Source: Trueperaceae bacterium
GTDB taxonomy: Bacteria; Deinococcota; Deinococci; Deinococcales; Trueperaceae
Length of the DNA: 64,000 nt
Direction of reading: 5' to 3'
Assembly (NCBI GenBank): GCA_034520945.1
Contig: JAXHNB010000006.1
Coordinates: 648,180-712,179, forward strand
Part shown: positions 1 to 9,535 of the stretch, piece by piece
Layout: each line of letters opens with the position of its first letter
Numbering within the stretch: the first letter of the stretch is position 1
Program-made: the position numbers and the translations under genes
The notes under the pieces: model-generated
Database searches by the model: none
Told to the model about the DNA's origin: nothing
Seen by the model: only the letters and a program-made list of their open reading frames with translations

Positions 1-284
1 ATGGCGCGGACACCGTGCCACAAGGCGACCCGGAGCCGGCCGCCCGCGATCAGGTCGAGCGCATGTACGCCCAGCTGGTGTCCCTGTGGCACCTGATCGG
101 CTACACCGACGCCGCGCGCGAACGCGCCACCCTCCGCCTGTTCCGCAACATTTTCGACCGGGCCGCCCTGCGGCCCCGCGAGGTCGCCGCCCTCCGCGGC
201 CTGTGGTCGCAGGCCGCCTGGGCGGCCGAACGCGACCCGGGGCGCCTACCGGGCCGAAACGCCGCCGGCAATGATACGCGTTGA
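1..284 (+). CDS. 3' end of a TrmH/SpoU-family (TrmJ-like) RNA 2'-O-methyltransferase gene, cut by the window edge
   Basis: ORF 15..284 stays open to the window edge. The tail ...LRLFRNIFDRAALRPREVAALRGLW resembles the C-terminal extension of group-1 TrmH enzymes. Recognised by eye only. Confidence 0.35.
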   Translation, partial: GADTVPQGDPEPAARDQVERMYAQLVSLWHLIGYTDAARERATLRLFRNIFDRAALRPREVAALRGLWSQAAWAAERDPGRLPGRNAAGNDTR

Positions 285-309
285 CACCGTCCTGGAGCGC
301 CGGTATACT
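281..309 (+). promoter_or_regulatory. sigma-70-type promoter for the tRNA cluster
   Basis: TTGACA (281-286), a 17-nt spacer, then TATACT (304-309), about 15 nt before the first tRNA. Confidence 0.6.
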
Positions 310-323
310 TCTCTGCGCTGACC

Positions 324-412
324 GGAGGGTTGGCTGAGCGGTCGAAAGCGGCGGTCTTGAAAACCGTTGTGGGCATTCCCCACCGGGGGTTCGAATCCCT
401 CACCCTCCGCCA
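324..412 (+). tRNA. tRNA-Ser (anticodon TGA)
   Basis: Acceptor stem GGAGGGT/ACCCTCC, long variable arm, T-arm GGTTCGAATCC, anticodon loop CTTGAAA, encoded CCA. Confidence 0.9.
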
Positions 413-456
413 CCCGCTTCCCTCCGTAGGGGGTTCCGGTCGGCGACAGGCGGTCT

Positions 457-549
457 GGAGAGGTGGCCGAGCGGCTGAAGGCGCTCCCCTGCTAAGGGAG
501 TATAGGGGCAAAACCTCTATCGAGGGTTCGAATCCCTCCCTCTCCGCCA
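457..549 (+). tRNA. tRNA-Ser (anticodon GCT)
   Basis: Acceptor stem GGAGAGG/CCTCTCC, long variable arm, T-arm GGTTCGAATCC, anticodon loop CTGCTAA, encoded CCA. Confidence 0.9.
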
Positions 550-580
550 CGATAGGTCCGGTACGATGCCGGCAGCGCGT

Positions 581-657
<77 letters not shown>

Positions 658-689
658 GCAGAAAGGCCGTCCCACACGGTAGCTGCGTT

Positions 690-719
690 GAACCGTCCCC
701 GCCCGAGCGGGGGCGGTTC
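690..719 (+). terminator. GC-rich hairpin after the tRNA cluster
   Basis: gaaccgTccccgc-ccga-gcgggggcggttc, a 13-bp stem with one mismatch. No clear U-tract. Confidence 0.35.
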
Positions 720-934
720 GCATGCCGTGTCCGGCCGACGAACGCAAGGAACACCAGGTCCCGGTCGAAGCTCCGCCAGACGGGCGTGACCCAACGCCCG
801 GTTCGCACCAGCGCTCGTCGCGCGGAATGGGGCCCTTCGCGGTACGCTCGTCGCTGCGAGGCGTTCGCGCGTTGAGAAGGCATCGCTCGCAGGCAGGAGC
901 GCCCGTGCCAGAGAGGCCCACCCTCCGCGTCGGC

Positions 935-2062
935 ATGGCCGGTTTGCTGGCCCTCGCCGCGACCTACGGCCTGGGACGGCAGGCCTACGGCCTGTTCGTG
1001 CCGTCGTTCCGCGCCGAGTTCACGCTCGGTCTGGACGCCGTCGGCTACTTGGCGGGCGCTGCGCAGTTCGGCTACCTGGTCGCGACCGTCGCGACCGGTG
1101 TGATCGAGGCGCGTTTCGGACCCCGGCTGCCGGTGGTCGCCGGGTGCATCCTGCTGGCCGTCGGCGCGGTGCTGGTCGCGACGGCGGGCGCGACCGGGCC
1201 GCTGGTGGTCGGCGTGATCCTGGCGGGGACGAGCGCCGGCGGGGCGTGGGCGCCGTTCTCGGACGCCGTCGCGCAGCGGGTCCCGCGGGGGCGCCAGCGG
1301 CGGGCGTTGGCGCTGGTGAACGCCGGGTCTCCCGCCGGGCTGCTGATCGCCAGCCTGGTCGTCGCGATCACGGGAAGTTCCTGGCGCCTCGCCTGGGCCG
1401 CGTTCGCCCTCGTCGGCCTGGTCGCGGCCGCCGTGAACGCGGCGGTGCTCCCGAACGTGCCACCGACCCGTGACACCACCGTCGAGTGGGGATGGAAGGG
1501 CCTCGTTGCCCCCTCGGCGCTCCGCTTGTTCGCGGTGGCGGCGCTGGCGTCGATGACGTCCGGCGCCTACTTCGCCTACGCGCCCGAGGCGGCGCAGGCG
1601 GCCGGGCTACCTACGTGGATCGGGGCCGCCATGTGGGGTGCCCTGGGCCTGAGCGGGGGTGCGGTCGGCGCGTTCGGGGGCGAGATCGCGGACCGCTTTT
1701 CCTTGGGCCGGCCCCTGGCCGTCACCTGGTTGGGCTTGGCCGCGGCCCTCGCCTCTCTGCTGGTGGTCATGGGGACGCCCGCGGGTGCGCTGGGATCCGC
1801 CGCGGTGTTCGGTGTGACGTTCACCACCGGCTACGCCTTCATCGCGATGTGGAGTCAGGAGGTGTTTCCGCAGCGGCCGACGACGGGTTTCACCGTGACG
1901 ATCGTGTTCATCGCGGCCGGATTCGTCGTCGGCCCGATCCTCTACGGCGTCGTCGCGACGTTCCTGGGACGTCCCTGGGCGCCGGTGGTCGCGGCCGTGC
2001 CGGCGGTGCTGGCCGCCGTGTTGTCGGTGGCGCCCCCTGCGCGGCGGCGTACCGGCACGTGA
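935..2062 (+). CDS. MFS transporter
   Basis: About 12 hydrophobic segments starting at MAGLLALAATYGLGRQ. The 722-934 part of the track ORF is Arg/Pro-rich and probably not translated. Confidence 0.7.
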   Translation: MAGLLALAATYGLGRQAYGLFVPSFRAEFTLGLDAVGYLAGAAQFGYLVATVATGVIEARFGPRLPVVAGCILLAVGAVLVATAGATGPLVVGVILAGTSAGGAWAPFSDAVAQRVPRGRQRRALALVNAGSPAGLLIASLVVAITGSSWRLAWAAFALVGLVAAAVNAAVLPNVPPTRDTTVEWGWKGLVAPSALRLFAVAALASMTSGAYFAYAPEAAQAAGLPTWIGAAMWGALGLSGGAVGAFGGEIADRFSLGRPLAVTWLGLAAALASLLVVMGTPAGALGSAAVFGVTFTTGYAFIAMWSQEVFPQRPTTGFTVTIVFIAAGFVVGPILYGVVATFLGRPWAPVVAAVPAVLAAVLSVAPPARRRTGT

Positions 2063-2118
2063 ATGAGGACCGCGTAGCGGGGCGCACGGCCGTGTTCGCG
2101 ACGCGCTCGGCGGGTCGT

Positions 2119-2937
2119 TCAGTCCACTGCGCCCTTTACCAGGCCCGAGATGAATTGCCGCTGGAACGCCAGGTACACCACCACCAGCGGGGCCGCCACG
2201 ATGGTGGCTCCGGCGGCCAGCAAGGGAATGTCGGTGGTGTAGCGTCCCTGGAAAAAGGCGATCCCCACCGGCAGTGTCCGTAGGGCGTCGTCGCTCACCA
2301 TGACCAGCGGGATGAAGAACTCGTTCCAGTTCCATATGAACAAGAAGATGGTCAGCACCCCGAACGTGGGGCGGGCCAACGGCAGGAGGACGTGCCGAAA
2401 CACGGTCATGCGCCCCGCGCCGTCCAGTACCGCCGCGTCGATCAGCGCGTCGGGGAGGCTCTTGAAGGTCGCCCAGAGAAGATAGGTGCCGAACGGTAGG
2501 GACAGCGCGATCAAGGGCAGGATCATGGCGAGATAGGTGTTCAGCAGGCCGACCGATCGAAGGCCGTAGTACAGCGGGATGATCAGCCCCTCGTAGGGCA
2601 CCACAAGGCCCAGCAGCAGCACCGCGAACAGGGTGCGTCGGCCCGGTAGGGGCAGGAGTGCCAGGGCGTAGGCGCACATCGCGGCCAATGCGGGCGTGAC
2701 GACCACGACCGGCACGATCACGATCAGCGAGTTCAGGAAGTAGCGCCGAAGGTTGCCTTCCGTCCAGGCGCGCAGGTAGTTGCCCCACTGCGGGGCCTCG
2801 GGCAGTGTCAGCAGGCCCGCGCCCAACTCGTCCGGCGTCTTGAGGGACGTCAGAGCGATCAACAGGAACGGGATCAGGACGGCGGCGGTGAACAGGCTCA
2901 GGACGAGGTAGGCGAGGGTGCGATCAACGCGCATCAC
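2119..2937 (-). CDS. carbohydrate ABC transporter permease (MalG-like)
   Basis: 272 aa with a six-TM pattern and an EAA-type loop (ALIDAAVLDGAGRMTVFRHVLLPLARP). Its start overlaps the stop of the upstream permease. Confidence 0.85.
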   Translation of the reverse strand: MMRVDRTLAYLVLSLFTAAVLIPFLLIALTSLKTPDELGAGLLTLPEAPQWGNYLRAWTEGNLRRYFLNSLIVIVPVVVVTPALAAMCAYALALLPLPGRRTLFAVLLLGLVVPYEGLIIPLYYGLRSVGLLNTYLAMILPLIALSLPFGTYLLWATFKSLPDALIDAAVLDGAGRMTVFRHVLLPLARPTFGVLTIFLFIWNWNEFFIPLVMVSDDALRTLPVGIAFFQGRYTTDIPLLAAGATIVAAPLVVVYLAFQRQFISGLVKGAVD

Positions 2938-3857
2938 GAACTGCTCCGCTGCAGCCGTCGCAGCATCACCGTGACGAGAATGACCAGGATGGTGAGCACC
3001 ACCGCGATGGTCGAGGCGTAGCCGACCTCGCTGCGCTGGAACGCGCTGCGGTACAGGTACAGCGTGCCTACCAGGGTGCTATCGCCCGGCCCCCCGCGCG
3101 TGGTGACGAACACCAGGTCGAACACCTTTAGGGCGGTGACCAGCGTGAAGAAGGCGACGACCACGATCTCCCTGCGTAGGCCGGGCAGGGTCACGTGCAG
3201 AAGTTGTCTGAGCGCACTTGCCCCGTCGACGCGGGCGGCGTCGTAGAGCGTGGGATCGATGCGTTGCATGCCAGCGAAGAACACCGCCATGCAGAAGCCG
3301 TAGAAGTACCAGGAGGCGATCAGGCCTACGCTGGGCAACGCCCAGTCGAAGTCGCCGAGCCACGGGCGCGTGAGGGCGCCGAGCCCGATGGCGGCGAGGA
3401 ACGCGTTGATGGGTCCGTCGCCGGGGGCGTACATCCAGCGCCAGATGACGCCGATGAGCGCCATGGGAAGGATCTGCGGCAGGAACAGCAGCGCCCGGAA
3501 CGTGCCGCGCCCGCGCAGCCACGGTTGGTGCAGCACGGCCGCCAGCAGCAGCCCCAGCGTGATAGGGACCACCGTGTAGAACACGATGAACGCGGCGTTA
3601 TTCGCCAACGCGCGCCAGAACAAAGCGTCCCCGAGCAGGCGGCGATAGTTCGCTAGGCCGACCCAGCTCGCCTCCCCGAAGCCCGCCCAGTCGTGCAGGC
3701 TGTACCAGACCGACACGCCGGCGGGCAGCAGCACCAGCAACGCGTACACCGCGAAGCCGGGCAGGAAGATCGCCAGCCCGTGGTACCAACGATCGCCCGG
3801 CCGGGAGGGGATGTCCCCCTCCCGGCGGAGGTTGCGCGTGGGCGCCTCGTCAGTCAC
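2934..3857 (-). CDS. carbohydrate ABC transporter permease (MalF-like)
   Basis: Contains RWYHGLAIFLPGFAVYALLVL... and the loop DAARVDGASALRQLLHVTLPGLR. The GTG at 3857 overlaps the binding-protein stop. The rest of the 397-aa track ORF is upstream read-through. Confidence 0.8.
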   Translation of the reverse strand: MTDEAPTRNLRREGDIPSRPGDRWYHGLAIFLPGFAVYALLVLLPAGVSVWYSLHDWAGFGEASWVGLANYRRLLGDALFWRALANNAAFIVFYTVVPITLGLLLAAVLHQPWLRGRGTFRALLFLPQILPMALIGVIWRWMYAPGDGPINAFLAAIGLGALTRPWLGDFDWALPSVGLIASWYFYGFCMAVFFAGMQRIDPTLYDAARVDGASALRQLLHVTLPGLRREIVVVAFFTLVTALKVFDLVFVTTRGGPGDSTLVGTLYLYRSAFQRSEVGYASTIAVVLTILVILVTVMLRRLQRSSS

Positions 3858-5127
3858 GCGAGGCGAGGTAGTCCTGGTAGTCCCGGTCCAGGTCCTCGAC
3901 GAACTGCTGCGCGTCGATGCGGCCGGCCAACAGACGCTGCAGGCCGGCAGTGATCGTGTCGTAGAAGCTGGGGGTGGCCCAGTCGAGGTAGAAGCCGGTG
4001 GCGCCTGCCTCGTCGATACGGGTCCAGACGTCGTGAATGTCGGCCTGCAGGCTGCCGGGCTCCAGCATCGCTTCGTCGATCGGCAGGGCGGGCACGACGT
4101 CGGCCGCCATCCAGGCCTCGGCGGCACGCTCGGACATCATCCAGTCGATGTACGCGGCGGCCAGGTCGGGATGCGCGGTGGAGGCGGAGATGGAGAACGG
4201 GATGCCGGTTCCCACGATGTGGAGCGGCGTGGTGCCGGTGTTTTCCTCGAGGGGCGGCATGGCGAAGAAGCCGATGTCGGGGTTGTCGGCGAACAGGTCG
4301 GCCACCTCGCTGCCCGTGATCATCATGGCGCCCTCTCCGCGCGCGAAGGCGGCCCAGGAATCGTCGTAGCTGAGGCCGGCGTAGCCGTCGCTGAGGTAGC
4401 CGCTCTCGACCCAGTCGCGCACGATCTCGGCGGCGCGCAGGTTGCCGTCGGTGACCCAGCTTCCCCCGCGGCCGTAGATCAGGTCGCTGAGGTAGTCCAA
4501 CTCGACGAACAGGTGCTGGACGGCGCCGTAAAGGTGGATGGCGGGCCAACCGTCGCTGTTCCCGAAGGTGATCGGCGTGATGCCGGCCTCGTCCAACGCC
4601 TCGAGGTTGGCCTGAAACTCTTCGAACGTCTCGGGTACGTCAATGCCTGCCTCTTCGAAGTGCGCGCGGTTGTAGTACACGCCCACCACGAAGATCTCGG
4701 GCGAGACGCCGTACAGGTCGCCCCGGCCGAAGTCGCCGTCCTCGGTCCAGCGCTTACGTTCGAACAGCCGCTCGGAGTGTAGGTCCAACCAACCGTACTG
4801 CTCCGCGTACGCGTCCAGGGGCCGGATCAGGCCGCCCTGGACCATCTCGCCCATGTCGGGGGCGCCCTGGTTCACCATGGGCACGTCGGGACCTTCGCCG
4901 GAGCCGAGGGCCAGTTTGACGGTGACCTTGAGGTCGTCGAGGGGCCGGGAGGTCCGCTCGATGGTGACGCCCGGATTCCGTTCTTCGAACTCGGCGTTGA
5001 GCTGTTCGGCGACTTCGTTCTTCTTGCCTTGCGTCCACCAGTCCCACACTTCCAGCGTCTGTGCGTGGGCGAGGGAGAGGACCGCGAGGGCCGTGAGGGT
5101 CAGGATGGTATTGCGGAGTCGGTGCAT
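3850..5127 (-). CDS. extracellular sugar-binding protein (family 1) of the ABC transporter
   Basis: Signal peptide MHRLRNTILTLTALAVLSLAHAQ, with GGAAGGAG 6-13 nt upstream of the ATG at 5127. Confidence 0.85.
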   Translation of the reverse strand: MHRLRNTILTLTALAVLSLAHAQTLEVWDWWTQGKKNEVAEQLNAEFEERNPGVTIERTSRPLDDLKVTVKLALGSGEGPDVPMVNQGAPDMGEMVQGGLIRPLDAYAEQYGWLDLHSERLFERKRWTEDGDFGRGDLYGVSPEIFVVGVYYNRAHFEEAGIDVPETFEEFQANLEALDEAGITPITFGNSDGWPAIHLYGAVQHLFVELDYLSDLIYGRGGSWVTDGNLRAAEIVRDWVESGYLSDGYAGLSYDDSWAAFARGEGAMMITGSEVADLFADNPDIGFFAMPPLEENTGTTPLHIVGTGIPFSISASTAHPDLAAAYIDWMMSERAAEAWMAADVVPALPIDEAMLEPGSLQADIHDVWTRIDEAGATGFYLDWATPSFYDTITAGLQRLLAGRIDAQQFVEDLDRDYQDYLASRD

Positions 5128-5194
5128 GGGGCTCCTTCCGGGGAGCGGCGTGCCCGCGAGGGGCGTGCCATTGGGCGTGGGTCTGGTGCGGGCG

Positions 5195-6169
5195 TTACCC
5201 GCAGGGTGCATGGGGATCTCCCTCCTGCGCAGGAGCGTGGAGGCTCAGCGAGGGCCCATCCTGCGTGTGGGCGAGCGTGCCGAGCGCGGCGCCCAGGACG
5301 CCCGCGTCGGTGCCCGTCGCGGCCGGGAGGACGGGCACGTCTCGGCTTCCGGGGGTCCAGATGCCTTGCCGGGTGGCACGTACCAGTCGATTCCAGTAGC
5401 GTCCGCCCGAGGTGCCCAGCCCACCGCCGACGATCAGTACGGCGGGATCGAGGACGTCGACCAACCACGCGAGGGCGTCGCCCAGCGCGTCGGCGGCTTC
5501 GTCGAGGACGGCCTGGGCGTGTACGTCGCCGTTGGCCGCGAGGTGGGCGACGTCGCGTCCGTGCGTGGTGTCCTGGCCGCTGGCGAGGCGGTACCGGCGC
5601 ACGAGGGCCGGGCCGGAGGCGCGCGCCTCCAGCGAGCGGCTGGCGTCGCGCCGCACGCCGGTGCCCAGGACGCCGGCGCGTCCATGCGCTCCTGGGTACG
5701 GCGTGCCGTTCAGGACCAGGCAGCTGGAGATGCCCGTCCCAATGCTGACGTACACGAAGTCGTCATGCCCGCGTCCTGCACCGAAGATCGCTTCGGCCCG
5801 GGCGGCGGCGCGCACGTCCGCGTCGACGAAGGTGGGGGCGACCTCCGCCAGGCGCGCCCGTACGGGCAGGCCGGCCCAGCGAACGGTGTGCCCGGTGATG
5901 ACGTGGCCTCGGAGGTCGACGAGCTCCGCGACGCCCACCCCGATGCCGCGGAACGGCCGGTCCGGCGGCCGCGGCAACGACAGCAGGTGGCGGGCCAACG
6001 CGAGGGTGTCGTCCAGCACCTCGCGTCCTTGGCGCTCCGGCCGCGTGGGTTCCTCGCGTCGCGCCCGCAACGCGCCTGTGGCCAGGTCAACCAGCGCGGC
6101 GGCGGTCTTGGTGCCGCCCACGTCGATGCCGATGGCGAGGCCTGCGTCGTGGGGCACGGAGGACGTCAT
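5195..6169 (-). CDS. ROK-family sugar kinase
   Basis: N-terminal GIDVGGTKTAAALVD ATP-binding motif and ROK-like core (GAGRGHDDFVYVSIGTGISS). Confidence 0.85.
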   Translation of the reverse strand: MTSSVPHDAGLAIGIDVGGTKTAAALVDLATGALRARREEPTRPERQGREVLDDTLALARHLLSLPRPPDRPFRGIGVGVAELVDLRGHVITGHTVRWAGLPVRARLAEVAPTFVDADVRAAARAEAIFGAGRGHDDFVYVSIGTGISSCLVLNGTPYPGAHGRAGVLGTGVRRDASRSLEARASGPALVRRYRLASGQDTTHGRDVAHLAANGDVHAQAVLDEAADALGDALAWLVDVLDPAVLIVGGGLGTSGGRYWNRLVRATRQGIWTPGSRDVPVLPAATGTDAGVLGAALGTLAHTQDGPSLSLHAPAQEGDPHAPCG

Positions 6170-6176
6170 GCTCGTT

Positions 6177-7043
6177 TCAGGCGTCCTCGGGCGGGGCGTA
6201 GCGTGGCCCGACGCCGAACAGGACCTCGACCGGCGTTCCGGTCATGTTGTAGATCGCGTGGGGCTCGCCGTGCGGGACGAAGAAGCCGTCCCGTGGCGCC
6301 AGCTCGAACCACTTGGGCACGTCGGGCTTGCCTGGGGCGTGAATCTGAGGATCGCCCTCGAGGACGTACATGCACTTGTCCCCGGCGTGGCGCATGGCGT
6401 CGGTGTGCTGGCCCGGCAGGAGGCGGACCTTGCCGGCGGTGAGGTGTTCCGTCGCCGCCAACAGGCCTACGAGTACGCGATGCTCGCTACCTTCGAGCCG
6501 CCACATCATGTCGTCCTCGCGGAGGTGCCGGATGGTGTGCCCGGCACGGCGGGCCGCGTCCTCCATCGGGAAGCGCGTCATCCATTCGTCCTGGCCGTAA
6601 CGGACCTCGGGAAGGTTCTCCTGCTGGCGCGCGTAGCTGCCCGACGTCCCCTGGGATGGCGGGGGCGAGAAGTACTCCAGGACCCGCAGCCGCTCGTTGC
6701 TGAGGTTGTGGACGTGGTGCCAGGTGTCGCGACGGAAGAACGCTGCCTGTCCGGGACGGACGCGGTGCACCTCGCCGGTTTGCGGGTTGGCGATCACCAT
6801 CTCGCCACTGAGGACGTAGAGCACCTCGTCGGCGGCAAAGATGGTGCGAAACGAATCGGAGTGCGTGAACGATCCCATCGGCGGCACGCCGAACAGCAAC
6901 TGGTGGATTTCCTGGGTGGAGGCGTAGATCCAGTCGGAGACCTGGCCGGCTTCAGGATCGCCCCACAGGTGACGGGTGACGTCGCGGTAGGGGATGTGGG
7001 TGGGCGCATCGAAGGTCGGGCGGGGGGAGGGGGCGTAGCTCAT
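6177..7043 (-). CDS. bicupin-domain protein
   Basis: Two cupin-like units (VLYVLSGEMVIANPQTGEVHRVRPGQAAFF and CMYVLEGDPQIHAPG...FFVPHGEPHAIYN). Confidence 0.7.
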   Translation of the reverse strand: MSYAPSPRPTFDAPTHIPYRDVTRHLWGDPEAGQVSDWIYASTQEIHQLLFGVPPMGSFTHSDSFRTIFAADEVLYVLSGEMVIANPQTGEVHRVRPGQAAFFRRDTWHHVHNLSNERLRVLEYFSPPPSQGTSGSYARQQENLPEVRYGQDEWMTRFPMEDAARRAGHTIRHLREDDMMWRLEGSEHRVLVGLLAATEHLTAGKVRLLPGQHTDAMRHAGDKCMYVLEGDPQIHAPGKPDVPKWFELAPRDGFFVPHGEPHAIYNMTGTPVEVLFGVGPRYAPPEDA

Positions 7044-7129
7044 ACGGGGGCTCCTCGGGGGTGGGTGCGCAGTGGGGGTACGCGGTGCGTCAGGGCGAAC
7101 TTGGCGTCAGGGGGTCGGGCGCGGCGGAC

Positions 7130-7936
7130 TCAGGACGGCGCGTCCCGGCGGGCTTGTGACAGGACGACGGCGATGCCCGGCGCTGCTGCCTCGGCTTCGC
7201 TTCGCGCGTGGCGGTCGCTGGCCACGGCGAGCTTGAAGCGGTCACCGCGGTAGCGCACCTCGAAATACTCGGTTGGGAGGTCGTCTTCGCTGTAGCTGAT
7301 CCCTTCGACCGCCAGCAGTCCCGTCCCTTCCGGGACGTCGAAAGCGTCGGCCTCCTCGACGCTCGCGGTGGTGGCGGCGATCGTCTGCTCCGCGCGTTGC
7401 AGGGGTAGGCCGTAGCGTTCCTCCAGTAGCCGGTAGAGCGACTGGTGTGCCAGGTCCTGATTCTCGAGCCCCCGGCAGAGCCGGTGCGGCAGCCAACTGC
7501 TCTCCAGCGCGACGGGCTCCCCGTTGACCCGGCGGAGGCGCGCGACCCGCACCACCGTTTCGTCGGGACGCAGCGCCAGCGCGGTCGCAACGTGGGGCGG
7601 GGAGGTCGCGGTGTCTTGCCGTAGCACGTCCGAGCTGACCGTGCCGTCCTGCTGAAGCATCGTTTCGGTGAAGCCCATGAGGTTGACCGCGTCGAAGGTC
7701 AGTTTGGGTTCGGCCACGAAGGTGCCTGCGCCCTGCCGGACCGTCAGCGTGCCGTCCTGCACCAGTCGGGCCAGGGCCTGACGGAGCGTCATGCGGCTGA
7801 TCCCGAATTCCTCGGCCAGTTCGCGCTCGGAGGGTAGCCGCGCGCCGGGCGCCCAGGCGCCGGTCCGGATGCGACGCCGGATCTCACGGACGACCTGGTG
7901 GTAGAGGGGGACGGGGCTGGACTTGCGTAGGGTCAT
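7130..7936 (-). CDS. GntR/HutC-family transcriptional regulator (DasR/NagR-like)
   Basis: MTLRKSSPVPLYHQVVREIRRRI...LPSERELAEEFGISRMTLRQALARLVQDG wHTH followed by a UTRA-like C-terminal domain. Confidence 0.85.
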   Translation of the reverse strand: MTLRKSSPVPLYHQVVREIRRRIRTGAWAPGARLPSERELAEEFGISRMTLRQALARLVQDGTLTVRQGAGTFVAEPKLTFDAVNLMGFTETMLQQDGTVSSDVLRQDTATSPPHVATALALRPDETVVRVARLRRVNGEPVALESSWLPHRLCRGLENQDLAHQSLYRLLEERYGLPLQRAEQTIAATTASVEEADAFDVPEGTGLLAVEGISYSEDDLPTEYFEVRYRGDRFKLAVASDRHARSEAEAAAPGIAVVLSQARRDAPS

Positions 7937-8017
7937 GCGGCCCCTTTCGGCGGGCGTGCGGGCTGGGATGCGCGGCGTGTTCGCGCCACGGGGTCCTCGA
8001 GGCACTTGGGAGCTCTG

Positions 8018-8031
8018 GAGGTCTAGACCTC
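8018..8031. promoter_or_regulatory. dre-like operator (perfect palindrome GAGGTCTAGACCTC)
   Basis: The core GGTCTAGACC equals the core of DasR/NagR (HutC family) operators. It lies about 85 nt upstream of the HutC gene that heads the minus-strand operon. Confidence 0.6.
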
Positions 8032-8322
8032 TAGAACCGTACCCTGGACTGCTGCGCAGCGCAAGTCCCTCGATGCAATCGTGGTCTGTGACGCATGGGG
8101 TCAACGCGCGTGGGGGACGCCCAGACGCCCTCGAACGATCCTGCGTGCCGGCGCGCCGCGGCCAAGCACCGGCAAGGCGCATGGCGCGGCGCGACCCGCC
8201 GGGGAGGACGCCGCGGCCAAGGCGTAGCATGGCCGTATGGTTTTGATCGCACGACCGGAAGGAGCGCTTCGAGCAAGGGTTGCACCGCGCCCGACGTCCG
8301 CGGGGCCGACCGGTGGGCGGCC

Positions 8323-9201
8323 GTGAGCCGCACGGTCCTCGTCCAGGTGGTGGGCCCACCCGGCGCAGGCAAGACCACGCTGATCGAGCGGTTGGTGCGT
8401 TCGACGCGAAACGAGATGCTCGCGGCCGTGCGCGTGGTGGAGGAGGAAGGCGGCGACACCGTGGCGCGCGACGAGGATGGCGCGGAGGTGGCGTCGTGGC
8501 GGGCGGCCGGCGCGCTCCTCCCCGAGCGGGTGCGGCTGCCGGCGGGTCATTTCGGCGGTGTGCACGCAGCGCTCCAGGCGTGCGGCGCCGGACCCTCCGT
8601 GGCCGACGTGGTGCTCATCGAAGGGGGACCCGTCACGTCCCGTGCGGTGGATGTCGTGGTGTTCGTGACCCGTGCGTTGCAGTCGGAGGCGTCGCTCACG
8701 GTGGACGAAGGCCGCGAAATCGGCCGCATGGACGGCGGGGAGGCGCTGAGCCTGATGTTGGGGCTCACCCCGCCCAGCGAAGACGAGGACGAAGAGGCGG
8801 GGATGCCCGGCGAGGGTGACGCGGTCGATGACGACGACGTCGAGGTCGTGGAAACCTACGAGATCCCCGAACCCGCCGCGCAACGCATACGCGAGCTGCT
8901 GGAGCACGGCCATCCGATCGTGCAGCGCGGCCGCTGGCTCAGGGCGGGCTACGAGCCGCTGGTCCACGCGCAGGTCATCGTCGTAGGGCGTGGCGCGGAC
9001 GGGGATCGCGTTCTGGGCGAACGCACCAAGGGCATGATCGAAGCGGCGCTCGAGGACGAGGAGTTGCGGCGCACCTATCCCGAGCTGGGATCCGTGCACC
9101 GACGCACGATCCTCGCGGCCGACCTGGCGGAGGCGGGCAATGCGGAAGCGCGCAAGGCGGTCGAGGCCATCAAACGCCGTTGGCGGCGGGCGGCGTGGTG
9201 A
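8323..9201 (+). CDS. MobB-like P-loop NTPase with an acidic linker and an unknown C-terminal domain
   Basis: Walker A VVGPPGAGKTTLIERLV, a later DVVLIEGG motif as in MobB, then EDEDEEAGMPGEGDAVDDDDVEVVE. The start is uncertain (GTG 8323 or upstream). Confidence 0.5.
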   Translation: MSRTVLVQVVGPPGAGKTTLIERLVRSTRNEMLAAVRVVEEEGGDTVARDEDGAEVASWRAAGALLPERVRLPAGHFGGVHAALQACGAGPSVADVVLIEGGPVTSRAVDVVVFVTRALQSEASLTVDEGREIGRMDGGEALSLMLGLTPPSEDEDEEAGMPGEGDAVDDDDVEVVETYEIPEPAAQRIRELLEHGHPIVQRGRWLRAGYEPLVHAQVIVVGRGADGDRVLGERTKGMIEAALEDEELRRTYPELGSVHRRTILAADLAEAGNAEARKAVEAIKRRWRRAAW

Positions 9202-9259
9202 TGGCGTTCGGGGCGCCGGCACGATGTTCCCTGTCCAACGTGGAGGGGTCGGTTCGTAC

Positions 9260-9454
9260 CTACCCCTCGTCGTCCTCCCAACCGAGCATCACCTGGTAGG
9301 TGCGGCGGCCGTACAGGTAGGTGCCGACCGTTCGCTCGAGGTCGTTCACGAAGGCGTGAACCTCCTCGCTGGGCACCGCCCAATCGAAGGCCCCGTTCGC
9401 GTCGGCGACGTAGCCGTCGAGCGACATCAGGGTGGTGTAGATCAGTCGGGCCAT
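9260..9454 (-). pseudogene. N-terminal 64-aa fragment of a RibD_C/DHFR-like reductase
   Basis: MARLIYTTLMSLDGYVADANGAFDW...LYGRRTYQVMLGWE matches only the first third of this roughly 190-aa family. The stop follows immediately. Confidence 0.6.
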
Positions 9455-9535
9455 CGTTGGTTCCTCGGGCGGGCTCGGGCGCCGAGTGCGCCGGGTGCGG
9501 CGTTCCAGCGGATGCTCGTGATGTAGGATTCCATC

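Noticed and set aside
4853-6442. 529-aa plus-strand ORF, together with 5412..7253 (613 aa).
   Set aside because: They are antisense to the well-supported binding-protein, ROK and cupin genes. Their Arg/Ala/Pro composition is typical of an off-frame product.
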